From: Octopus vulgaris
Taxonomy: Eukaryota
Assembly (NCBI GenBank): GCA_951406725.2
Contig: OX597819.1
Span: forward strand, 73,222,001-73,286,000
Direction: 5' to 3'
DNA: 64,000 nt
A program made the translations under genes and the position numbers. The notes beneath the pieces were generated by a model. That model saw nothing but the letters and a program-made list of their open reading frames with translations. It was not told where the DNA came from and ran no database searches. Positions 12,869 to 23,180 of this stretch are shown here, piece by piece. How positions within the stretch are numbered: position 1 is the stretch's first letter; each line of letters starts with the position of its first letter.

Positions 12869-15800
12869 CATCATCATCATCATCATCATTTAGCGTCCGT
12901 TTTCCATGCTAGCATGGGTTGGACGGTTCTGCTGGGGTCTGTGAAGCCAGAAGGCTTCATCAGGCCCAGTCAAATCTGGCAGTGTTTCTACGGCTGGATG
13001 CCCTTCCTAACGCCAACCACTCCGTGAGTGTAGTGGGTGCTTTTTACGTGCCACCCGCACTGGTGCCAGCCAGAGCTGGCAAACGGCCACGAACGGATGG
13101 TGTTTTTTATGTGCCACCGGCACGAGGGCCAGGCGAGGCTGGCAACGAACACGAAATGGGGCGGTGCTGGCAACGGTCGCGAAACGGAAGGTTCTCTTAC
13201 ATGCCACCGGCACTGGTAACACATCTGCAATTTCCATTGATCGATTTCCATTGATCGATTTCGATTCTGATCCTCACTTGCCTCAATGGGTCTTCACAAG
13301 CAGAGTTTCGACATGCCACCGGCACTGGTAGCACATCCGCAATTTCCATTGATCGATTTCGATTCTGATCCTCACTTGCCTCAACACGTCTTCACAAGTA
13401 GAGTTTTGTGTCCCAAGAAGGGAAGGTATGCATACGTAGGCTGGCTCCATCCCATGTAGAAGGCCACGGGTTGTGGACTCACTTGTCCTGCCGGGTCTTC
13501 TCGCGCACAGCACACTTCCAGAGGTCTCGGTCTCTAGTCATTTCCTCGGTGAGACCTAAAGTTCGAAGGTCGTGCTTCACCACCTCGTCCCAGGTTTTCC
13601 TGGGTCTGCCTCTTCCACAGGTTCCCTCAACCGCTAGGGTGTGGCACTTTTTCACACAACTATCTTCATCCATTCTCGCCACATGACCATACCAGCGCAA
13701 ACGTCTCTCTTGCACACCACAACTGATGCTTCTTAGGTCCAGCTTTTCTCTCAAGGTACTTACACTCTGCCGAGTGTGAGTACTGGCATTACACATCCAT
13801 CGGAGCATACTGGCTTCATTTCTAGCGAGCTTACGCATATCCTCAGCAGTCACGGCCCATGTTTCACTGCCATGTAGCATGGCTGTTCGTACACACGCAT
13901 CATACAGTCTGCCTTTCACTCTGTGCGAGAGGCCTTTTGTCACCAGCAGAGGTAAGAGCTCTCTGAACTTTGCCCAAGCTATTCTTACTCTAGCAGTTAC
14001 ACTTTCAGCACACCCGCCCCCGCTGCTGACTTGGTCACCTAGGTAACGGAAACTATCAACTATTTCTAGTTTTTCTCCCTGGAAAGTGACAGAAGTTGGT
14101 CTCAGAGCATTTTCAGTGTTTATTGTTCCTGAGCATCTGCCACATACAAAAACCATCTTCCTAGTTAGCCTTCCTTTGACATTGCTGCATCTCTTATGTG
14201 TCCATAGCTTATACTTGGTGCATCTTATAGAGTTTCTACCTACACCTTTTCTACAGATCGAGCAGGGCCATCTACCTGAAGGTGTTTGTGATTTGTCTAC
14301 CTTCCTACTGATTACGACTTTGGTTTTAGCTAGATTGACTCTGAGGCCCTTCGATTCTAATCCTTGTTTCCACACCTGAAACTTCTCCTCCAGTTCTGAT
14401 AGCAACTCAGCAATTAGAGCAAGGTCATCAGCATAGAGGAGCTCCCAAGGGCATCCTGTCTTGAATTCCTCCGTTATTGCCTGGAGGACTATGATAAATA
14501 GGAGGGGGCTGAGTACTGAGCCTTGGTGGACCCCTACCTCTACCCGGAATTCTTCACTGTACTCATTTCCAACCCTCACCCTACTAGCGGCGTCCCTATA
14601 CATGGCCCGCACAGCTCTCACTAACCATTCATCTATCCCTAGTTTTCTCATTGCCCACCAGATAAGGGATCGGGGGACCCTGTCGAAGGCTTTCTCCATG
14701 TCAACAAAAGCCAGGTACAGGGGCTTATCTTTGGCTAGGTATTTCTCCTGCAGCTGCCTTACCAGGAATATAGCATCAGTAGTACTTTTCCCTGGCACAA
14801 ACCCAAACTGCATCTCATCTAAACTAACTCTCTCTCTAATTAGTTGGGCTATGACCCTCTCCGTAACCTTCATCACCTGGTCCAACAGCTTGATACCTCT
14901 GTAGTTGTTTGTATCTAGGGCATCACCTTTACCTTTGTAGCAGTTGACTATTATACTGCTACACCAGTCATTGGGTATGACCCCTTTGTGTATCACCTGA
15001 TTAACTATATGGGTGACTAGGCTATAGCCGACACTACCAGACATTTTGAGCATCTCTGCAGTGATTCCTGATGGGCCTGGGGCTTTCCCTGTCTTCATGC
15101 TTCTAATTGCCTTAGCTACCACAGAACTATCAACTCGGATAGCTGGTCCCTCTGTTGGGTCAACATTCGGCAGACTCTCTTTATCCCATTCATTTTCTTC
15201 ATTCAGCAACCTTTCATAGTGGCATCTCCAAACCTCTCTCTTTGCATCCTCATTTAGCGCAAGTGAACCATCTTCCATGCGAACACACTTCTCTCCTACC
15301 ACATCACGATTCTCTCTCACACACTGTCTTGCAACACGAAACACCTCCAGTCTTTGGTCCTCACGGCGCAGAACATTGGCAAATTTTTTCTTATCTGCTT
15401 CCCCTCTGGCTAAATAAACCTGTCTCCTAGCTTCTCTTTTGGCAGTCTGATACAATTCCCTGCTACCCCCATTTTTCCAGACCTTCCAAGCCTGTCTCTT
15501 TTCTCTAATAGCCCTGTCTACAATATTGTTCCACCACCACGTTATTCTAGGTCGAGAGGGGACTTTGCACCAGCCACAGATCTGGTCAGTGGCTCTCAGC
15601 AGGTTGTCCCTTAGAAACGTCCAGCTGTCTTCTACCCCCTGTGATGCTCTATCCCCTTCTACTTCGTCAGAGGCTTCAAGTAATATGTCCCTAAATCTCT
15701 GTCCATTTGCAGGATCTTTAAGCTTCCAGATCCTTCTTCTCCATATTTGTCGTCTTCTGGTTGTCCTCCTAGTCCTGATCCTAAAGTCACTAACTACCAG

Positions 15801-17303
15801 TCTATGTTGTGGGGTACATTCTTCACCTGGGAAGGTTTTGGCATTTATAAGCAGCCATCTCTCCCTTTGCCTTGTAAGGATGTAGTCAATTTGGCTGGTA
15901 TGTTGGCCTGATTGGTAAGTGACTAGGTGGCTGGTAGGTTTCCTGAAGTTAGTGTTGCAAATCATAAGATTATTTGCATCGCAGAACTCCAGCAGCCTGG
16001 TTCCCTCCTCGTTGCGGGAGCCATAGCCGTAGCCTCCATGTACGCCATGGAAGCCCCCAGCATGTCGTCCAACGTGACCATTGAAGTCACCAGCCACAAA
16101 GATAAGGTCTCTGTCGTTCGTCAATGAGGTAGTCTGCAGTAGAGTGTCATAGAATCGGTCTTTCTGTCCATCGGGTAGCCCCGACTGAGGAGCATAGGCT
16201 GATATAATGGTTGCTAAACTATGATGAAGCACTAATCTAATCTTAAGTATTCTGTCACTTACTCTGATTACCTCAATTACTTTATCTACCCATTTCTCAG
16301 CGATAAGTATACCCACGCCACCAACCCCGTCAGTATTCCCTGCCCAGAAAATCTTGTACCTGCGTTCCTTGCCTGTGAGGAACCTAGCTGATCCTCCTCT
16401 CCACCTTATTTCTTGCATGCAACATATATCCACACATCTCCGTTCAAGCATCTCGACTATCTCACCAGACCTACCTTTCAGAGTGCCAACGTTGAGGGTG
16501 CCAACCCTGAGGGTGTGGAAGGCATGGGCTCTAGAGACCCTGGGACGGTGGACAGTAGCTTCGTGTACCTGAAAAGAAAGCTCGCATTTGGCAGAATTCA
16601 TGTGCAAAAAATGAAGTAGTAAAGTAGCCTTCAGTACAACCTGCATAACGCTAGCCTTTCATATTTTGCACTGTATGAACATTACCTTACATAGGTCGAG
16701 ACTAGGGGTAGGGAGGGGTAGGGATGGTGAGAGCATTTGCAGTCTTCATGGGAAGCAACCCCGGAATGGAAGAGAATAGGAACTTCCGGCATGCGTGGTG
16801 GGGGTGGGAGGGCGGGTGCACCGTAGCTGAGTAAAGAGGTTCTGTTAATCGTGAGCTAGCAAATGGGTTAGTATGAATCGGGAGACAATACTAAACGAAA
16901 AATTGAAAAATTGAAAAATCAGAGTGGCTATGAACCTGGAGACAAGTCTAAACGAAAAAAAATGTTTGAGCTAGACAGGGTAATGAGGGAATACTGAAAG
17001 AATGAGGGACAATACAATGAGATGGAAATTGAAGAATAGAGAAAGAGTAAGGATAAGTGCAAGAAAGAAGGTAGTCGTAGCGAGGTTGAACGATTCACTT
17101 AACTTTTAGCCATTCATGATCTGTGCGTATTCTTTAGATATTTTGAAGCGAGTGGGGTTAACGATAAATGCGATCGCTCTTTTATGTATGGCGATGATGG
17201 TTTTGGGGAGTGGGGGGGGCATAGAGGACCATGGCGATGATGGTTATGGGGAGGGGGGAGGGAACATAGCGAGAGAGAGATAGGGTTAGTTAGAGAGAGA
17301 GGT
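12869..17303 (-). mobile_element. Full-length RTE-clade non-LTR retrotransposon
   Basis: About 650 bp of 5' region, a single APE-RT ORF, and a ~600 bp 3' UTR ending in (GAT)n. Flanked on both sides by catatatatatat (TSD). Confidence 0.93.
13479..16646 (-). CDS. RTE ORF: apurinic-like endonuclease, reverse transcriptase and an embedded PHD-like finger
   Basis: Uninterrupted 1055 aa. EN motifs TLNVGTL, QEIRW, SAYAPQ, GDFNGHVG, QIDY, QHRLV. RT motifs KAPGPSG, NYRGI, FVDMEKAFD, GVHQGSVLSP, YADD, FRYLG. RTE-type C-terminus RLRWYGHVARM...GRGRPRKTW. The true N-terminus may be spliced (see findings). Confidence 0.96.
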   Translation of the reverse strand: MQVVLKATLLLHFLHMNSAKCELSFQVHEATVHRPRVSRAHAFHTLRVGTLNVGTLKGRSGEIVEMLERRCVDICCMQEIRWRGGSARFLTGKERRYKIFWAGNTDGVGGVGILIAEKWVDKVIEVIRVSDRILKIRLVLHHSLATIISAYAPQSGLPDGQKDRFYDTLLQTTSLTNDRDLIFVAGDFNGHVGRHAGGFHGVHGGYGYGSRNEEGTRLLEFCDANNLMICNTNFRKPTSHLVTYQSGQHTSQIDYILTRQRERWLLINAKTFPGEECTPQHRLVVSDFRIRTRRTTRRRQIWRRRIWKLKDPANGQRFRDILLEASDEVEGDRASQGVEDSWTFLRDNLLRATDQICGWCKVPSRPRITWWWNNIVDRAIREKRQAWKVWKNGGSRELYQTAKREARRQVYLARGEADKKKFANVLRREDQRLEVFRVARQCVRENRDVVGEKCVRMEDGSLALNEDAKREVWRCHYERLLNEENEWDKESLPNVDPTEGPAIRVDSSVVAKAIRSMKTGKAPGPSGITAEMLKMSGSVGYSLVTHIVNQVIHKGVIPNDWCSSIIVNCYKGKGDALDTNNYRGIKLLDQVMKVTERVIAQLIRERVSLDEMQFGFVPGKSTTDAIFLVRQLQEKYLAKDKPLYLAFVDMEKAFDRVPRSLIWWAMRKLGIDEWLVRAVRAMYRDAASRVRVGNEYSEEFRVEVGVHQGSVLSPLLFIIVLQAITEEFKTGCPWELLYADDLALIAELLSELEEKFQVWKQGLESKGLRVNLAKTKVVISRKVDKSQTPSGRWPCSICRKGVGRNSIRCTKYKLWTHKRCSNVKGRLTRKMVFVCGRCSGTINTENALRPTSVTFQGEKLEIVDSFRYLGDQVSSGGGCAESVTARVRIAWAKFRELLPLLVTKGLSHRVKGRLYDACVRTAMLHGSETWAVTAEDMRKLARNEASMLRWMCNASTHTRQSVSTLREKLDLRSISCGVQERRLRWYGHVARMDEDSCVKKCHTLAVEGTCGRGRPRKTWDEVVKHDLRTLGLTEEMTRDRDLWKCAVREKTRQDK

Positions 17304-17452
17304 CATATATATATATATACACACAACGGGCTACTTTCAGTTTCCATCTACGAAATCCACTCACAAGGCTTTGGTTGACCCGAGGCTGTAGTAAAAGACA
17401 CTTGTACAAGGTGCCATGCAGTGGGACTGAACCCGGAACCATGCGCTTCGTA
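17304..17452 (-). mobile_element. SINE family 1, 5' half (split by the RTE insertion)
   Basis: atatac...ctttcagtttccatctac...ccactcacaaggctttgg...gtgggactgaacccggaacc completes the SINE begun at 12665. Confidence 0.85.
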
Positions 17453-17837
17453 AGGTTTTGTATAAGTATTTGAGATGTGGCTTTATTATCATACAACATT
17501 TAATGCTTATATTCACTAAACCATTGTACCATATTGGCTAAGCCCCTTGAGTGAAAAACCTGTCCAGTTTGGTTGTTAAAATCACAAAATGCCACCTGTT
17601 GTACCTTCCACTTTCCTAAAGTCTAAAACTGAATCCTTTAATGAGCCTATATTTGTTCATTGTTTTCACTTCACTGTTCATTACCAAGGATATTGTCTTT
17701 AGTTATTTTCCTGTTGGTGATGCCACTTAAACTGATGTAGATCATCTGGCTTAGGAATTGAACTCCTGCCTACCAGATAAGCTACATTTGACATGTGACC
17801 AGTTTAATGTGAGACAAACCCTGATTCTTTTAGTCTT

Positions 17838-18225
17838 TTAATTGTTTCAGTCATTTGACTATGGCCATGCTGGAGTACCACCTTTAGTCAAACAAATCGA
17901 CTTTGTAAGCCTAGTACTAGTAAGCCTAGACTTTGTAAGCCTAGTACTTGTAAGCCTAGACTTTATTCTATCAGTCTCTTGCTGAACTGCTAAGTTACAG
18001 GTATGTAAACACACCAGCATAGGTTGTCAAGCGATGGTGGGAGGACAAACACACACACATATATATATATATGACAGGCTTCTTTCAGTTTCCATCTACC
18101 AAATCCATTCACAAGGCTTTGGTCAGCTCAAGGTTATAGTAGCAGACACTTGCCCAAGGTACCATGCAGTGGGACTGAACCTGGAACCATGTGGTTGGGA
18201 AGCAAGCTTCTTCCCACACAGCCAA
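17838..18225 (-). mobile_element. SINE family 1, near complete, with an internal ttgtaagcctag tandem amplification
   Basis: Both halves and the central CA/TA tract are present. It shows what an empty RTE target site looks like. Confidence 0.85.
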
Positions 18226-18496
18226 GAAAGCTTCCTGTTTTAAAGTGATCTAAAGTAAAGCCTTCCACCAAAATTTCATGTTTATGTCCCAAATACCTAT
18301 TTAATAAATAATGACAGTTATTTTATCTTTTACTTGTTTCAGTCATTAGACATTGGCCATGCTTGAGCACCACCATGAAGAATTTAGTTCTTTAAAGCCC
18401 GGTACTTGTTCTATTGGTCCCTTGTTGAACTGCTAAGTAGCTGGGATGTAAACACACCAACACTGGTAGGGGAGGGCAAAGTTAGACACAAACATA

Positions 18497-18700
18497 TAAG
18501 GGGGTGCTAAAAAGTTATTGGTTTTTAAGGGCATTGTGAAAGGCCTGGTTGGAGGCCCAACCTTCTGAGCTCTTTTACAGGACTTAGAAAAATTAAAGGA
18601 CTACTGCAATATGTGTGTGAATCTGAGATGGGAATATGTTGGATAAAATCATAACTGATCCTCCTGAATTTTCTTTTACCCAAAGCCTGGAACTTCTTTC
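18497..18700 (+). mobile_element. Mariner-like non-autonomous remnant
   Basis: Decayed inverted ends (gggggtgctaaaaagtt... / ...aaagcctggaacttctttc). Internal sequence resembles the mariner transposase C-terminus (EKLKD..CVNLR.EYV). Confidence 0.55.
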
Positions 18701-19910
18701 TTCATTATTTTCAACATTAATTGGAACAGTGACAGTATATGTCAATAGAAATCCAGCGACAAAAGAGTTAATCAATGTTAACAATGCTTCCCTTTAGCAT
18801 TCAGATTAACCTGTCAAATGCAATGCATATCTTCCACATTGTTTTGAATTAATCATGCATTATCTGATGGCTTCAGTATTTCAAAAGATGTGATTGTTTA
18901 TTTTTAGAATGACATTGTAGGGTAGGTGTGAGAGGTTGGTTGAAAGAAGGAACACCAATCCTAAGACCATTGAAGAAAAAGAAAAATGAAGTTTAAATCT
19001 TGTATGTTACAATGGTTTAGTGCAAAGATTTTCAACAGGGGCCATATGGCAAAGGGGCTCCCTTGTACCAAAGAGCACTTTTGATAGACAACACGTTGAT
19101 CTCATAAATGTCGTGAGATGGAAATAAATGCAATTACCAAACTTTCAATTCATTATTTCATTTTTTTTGCATTTCAATTTGTACATCTGTGCTGACTGCA
19201 TACAAGTGCATATGTAAAACAACATCCTTTATTTTTTTAATCATTATGTGCTGATATCAAAATAATTAGTATATTGAAAAATAAAAATATTTTCTAGTGG
19301 GGCCATTTGTGACTCCAAGGGTTAAAAGGGTGCCTTTGGACAAAATGGGTTGAACTTTTAGTTTAGTGTTGTTTACTTAGTGGGTAGAAGTGCAATTCCT
19401 AAGTCGGTCATTTTATACCTCTGTGTCAAGTGAAATAATTAATTGAAGAATATCCTTTGTATGGACAGCAAAACGAGGACACACTAGCCTCATGGATTCA
19501 ATAAAGTTTTGGCTTTGGAGTTCTCGTTACTGAATAAGGCTGTGTCAAGTTTGCTTCTTGACACGTTTTTAGGTTCAGTCACCAGTGGGCAAGTGTCTTT
19601 TGTCCTTGCCCCAGGGCATCAAAGCCTTGTAAGTGAATTTGTCTGAGGGGGAACTGAAAGAAGGTTATATAGTTAAATAGGTTTGGGTAAAATCCACTCA
19701 CAAGGGTTTGGCAGGCTCAGGCATTTAGTAAAGATGCTTTCCTAAGGTGTCATGCATCGGGACTGAATCTCATACTGAATGCTGGGATAGCAAATGCTTT
19801 AACCATGACAAATTACATTGATTTAAATTTGTGGCTCCACTTAAATTTAACTGAATAGTTATTAGAGAGAAGGACCAAACTTTTGTGGCAACCTGGAAAA
19901 GCAGGTTAAC

Positions 19911-20350
19911 ATCATCATTTAACGTCCACTTTCCATGCTGGCATGGGTTGGGCGGTTTGACTGGAACTGGTAGGCCAAGGGGTTGCACCAGGTTCTGATC
20001 TGATTTGGCAAGGTTTCTGTGGCTGGATGCCCTTCCTAATGCCAACCACTTCAACAATGTAGTGGGTGCTTTTCATGTACCACTGGCATGGGTGCCATTG
20101 ACCTGACACTGGCATCAGCTACGACCACGGTCTCACTTGGCTTGACAGCTCTACACGAGCACAGTATATCACTAAAGGTCTTGGTCACCTGTCACTGCTT
20201 CCCTGAGGCCCAACGCTCAAATGGTGCCTTTTACATGCCACCAGCGCAAGTGCCAGTCAGACAGCACTCTCATCAGCCACAACTACGTTTTCACTTGGTT
20301 TGTCAGGTTTTCACAAGCACAGCATATCACCCAATGATTAAAGGGTGCTT
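19911..20350 (-). mobile_element. 5'-truncated RTE (3' UTR and tail only)
   Basis: catcatcatttaacgtccact ttccatgctggcatgggttgg matches the 3' end of the full-length element. About 20 similar tail copies occur, for example near 11660, 21350, 27720, 38420, 41715, 43775, 44320, 45095, 46900, 47355, 51722, 52440, 58130 and 63850. Confidence 0.85.
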
Positions 20351-20810
20351 TTAACAGGCCAGTTACACATTGGCCTCATGCATTATAAAAGGCTTTTTGT
20401 GGGCTTTTGAAAATGCTGGTAGTTAATGTCTAACACTTTCATTCAGATTACTCTAATTGAACCCAGAACCATGTGATTGGTAAGCAAGTTACTTTCCTCA
20501 GCAACTCCTGCATGTGATTGTTTATTTTTTAGGGTAGGTGTGAGAGGCCACATTTAGTTGGTTTGAACATAAAACATAAAATACTTGGGCAGGATATGGC
20601 CAGTTTAAATGCTAAAGAGCTACTTTATAAATCCAATAGCAGCCACATTTTAAGTTTCTACATAAGGAATATGTGGGATAATTTGCAGTAAAGACTTGGG
20701 TCAACTTGCTCCTAAAAAGACGGAAGACTTTGGAGAAAAGAAACAGCAAAAATGCCACCATATTTACAGGTGTGAAGCAAGATTCTTGATGTAATTTTAT
20801 GATAGAACAG

Positions 20811-21148
20811 ATTTTGTTGCTTCCAGGAGGGTCATCATGCCAATACTAAACACTCATGCTGGTTGCATTTCACTTCTTTATTATTAATTTCTTTATCAAT
20901 TAGTCAACTGTTTAACTAATTAAGCAAACGATTGTTTGGCCATTCAGTCAATCAGTTAGGTCCATCAGAATTCTTTTGTTGCCATTTGTGACCTTAGAGG
21001 GTATGTCATTAGTGTAGTTTGTATGACAACAAAAGAACTTTGAAAAACCTAATTGATTGATCAAACAATTGAAAAATAACAAAGAAGTGAAATATACCAG
21101 TGTATGTGTTTATTATTTGGCATAATGACCCTCTCAAGATACAACAAA
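20811..21148. mobile_element. Old foldback/MITE-like inverted repeat
   Basis: The left arm (ggagggtcatcatgccaa...atttcacttcttt; tcaatcagttagg...ttcttttgttgccat) is the diverged reverse complement of the right arm (atgacaacaaaagaa...; aaagaagtgaaat...ttggcataatgaccctc). Confidence 0.7.
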
Positions 21149-21549
21149 TGCAAAGAAGAGATAGGACTTCAAAATATAAAAGTTAGCACACTATTCCTGA
21201 GAAATAAAATGGTAAGATCACAGGTGTACACTTCATAATAAACAATGATGTAAATACATCAGAAAATGATTGTTTTTTTTTTTTGTTGTTTTCTTTTAAA
21301 GAATAAAATAATTTTCCAGGTCCTTTAGTGAACAATTTTAAAGATAAATATAACACATAAAATGCACCCAATACACTCTGTAAAGTGGTTGGCATTATGA
21401 AAGGCATCCAGCCATAGAAACCATGTCACAACAGACAATGAAGCCTAGTGTGGCTCCAGGCCTTGCTAGCTCCTGTCAAAACATCCAACCCATGCCCGTA
21501 ATGGAAAATAAACGTTAACTGATGATGAATCAGCAATATTCAGATGGAT

Positions 21550-21908
21550 GTGGAGGTGTAATGGCCCAGTGGTTAGGGCAGCGGACGTGGGAACACTGTT
21601 TCAATTCCCAGAGTAGGCATTGCATGTGTTTATTAAGCAAAAACACCGAAAATTTCATGAGGCTCCGGCAGGGCATGGTGGCGACCCCTACTGTACTCTT
21701 TCACCACAACTTTCTCTCACTCTCTCTTCCTGTTTCTGTTGTACATGTATTTCAGAGGACCTGTGTCATGCTGAATCTCCTCAAGAACTACACTAAGGGT
21801 ACATAATTCTGTGGGGTGCTCAGTCACTTACATGTTAATTTCACGAGCAGGCTGTTCCATTGATCGAATCAAATGGAACTCTCGTCATCGTAACTGATGG
21901 AGTGCCAT
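21550..21908 (+). mobile_element. SINE family 3 (tRNA-derived)
   Basis: A-box-like tggcccagtggttagg and B-box-like gtttcaattcc. The 3' part is shared with the copy at about 43015-43330. Confidence 0.7.
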
Positions 21909-22022
21909 GATGGATACATTAAATAAGGTAGAAGTACTGTCTTTTTCTAAAAATTTCTTTTCTCCTCCATTTTCAATTTGTTTTCATTTTCAGCTTTTTT
22001 TTCTTAATGCTTTTAATTTTAG

Positions 22023-22070
22023 GTGCATAATTTTGCAGGATTGATAATGAAAGCAAATCAATCTAGGAAA
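22023..22070 (+). other. Candidate internal exon (VHNFAGLIMKANQSRK in its only open frame)
   Basis: Long pyrimidine tract ending in ttttag, and donor AAA|gtaaga. 48 nt. Confidence 0.35.
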
Positions 22071-22169
22071 GTAAGACTTCAGCATCTTGAATAAACAAAG
22101 CAAATATGAAAATGGTTAAAAGTTTTTTTATTAAACGTCATTATTTTTCTTTCAGTCACTTGACTGCAG

Positions 22170-23052
22170 TGTGTAATGTCAGTGTGCATACTCAGCAGAG
22201 TGTAAGTACTTTGAGAGAAAAGTTGGACCTAAGAAGCATTAGATGTGGTGTGCAAGTGAGAGGACTGCGCTGGTATGGTCATGTTGCGAGAACGGATGAA
22301 GATAGGTGTGTGAAAAAGTGCCACACCCTAGTGGTTGAGGGAACCTGTGGAAGAGGTAAACCCAGGAAGACCTGGGATAAAGTGATGAAACACGACCTAT
22401 GAACATTAGGCATCACTGAGGCAATGACTAGTGACTGAGACTTTTGGAAATATGCTGTACTTGAGAAGAACTGGCAAGCCAAATGAGACCATAACTTCGT
22501 GGCCTATGCCAGGGGTGTAACCAGACCACTTATGCGTGCCTTTCATTCATTGGACACTAAACTCTACTTGCGAAGACCTGTTGAGGCATGTGAAATCGAA
22601 ATCAAATTTGATGGCTGGTATCCATGCTAGTGGAGCGCTAAGAGCACCATCTGAGCGTGATCGTTGCCAGAGCGGCTAACTGGCTTCCGTACTGGTGACA
22701 CGTAAAAAGCACCATTCGAGTGTGATCAATACCAGCATCACCTTACTGGCACGTGAAAAAACATTCAATCGAGGTTGTTGCCAGTGCTGCTGGACTGGCC
22801 CCTGTGCAGTTTGCACGTAAAAAACACCATTTGAGTGTGGCCGTTGCCAGTAACGCCTGACTGGTCCTTGTGCCGGTGTCACATAAAAGCATCCACTACA
22901 CTCTTGGAGTGGTTGGCGTTAGGAAGGGTATCCAGCTGTAGAAACTATGCCAGATCAAGATTGGAGCCTGGTGCAGCCATCTGGTTCACCAGTCCTCTGT
23001 CAAATCGTCCAACCGATGCTAGCATGGAAAGCGGACATTAAATGATGATGAT
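22170..23052 (+). mobile_element. 5'-truncated RTE copy (end of ORF, 3' UTR, GAT tail)
   Basis: Translates to CNVSVHTQQSVSTLREKLDL...GRGKPRKTW, matching the intact ORF. Flanked by SINE family 1 sequence on both sides. Confidence 0.92.
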
Positions 23053-23180
23053 GTATGTATGTGTATATATATATATGTATGTATTTATATATATGTATGT
23101 ATTTATGTATGTATGTATATATGTATGTATGTATATATATATATACATATATATATATGTATGTATATATATATATATAT
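23053..23180. repeat. Compound (TA)/(TATG) microsatellite
   Basis: Seen directly. Confidence 0.95.

Noticed and set aside
13036-13330. CRISPR-like repeat/spacer appearance of the hairpin modules
   Set aside because: The linkers are homologous to one another, the array is part of a LINE 3' UTR, the context is eukaryotic and there are no cas genes.
14086-16619. Plus-strand ORFs overlapping the RTE
   Set aside because: They are antisense shadows of the RT ORF.
21550-21625. tRNA gene
   Set aside because: It is the tRNA-derived head of a SINE, with no complete cloverleaf and continuous with the SINE body.
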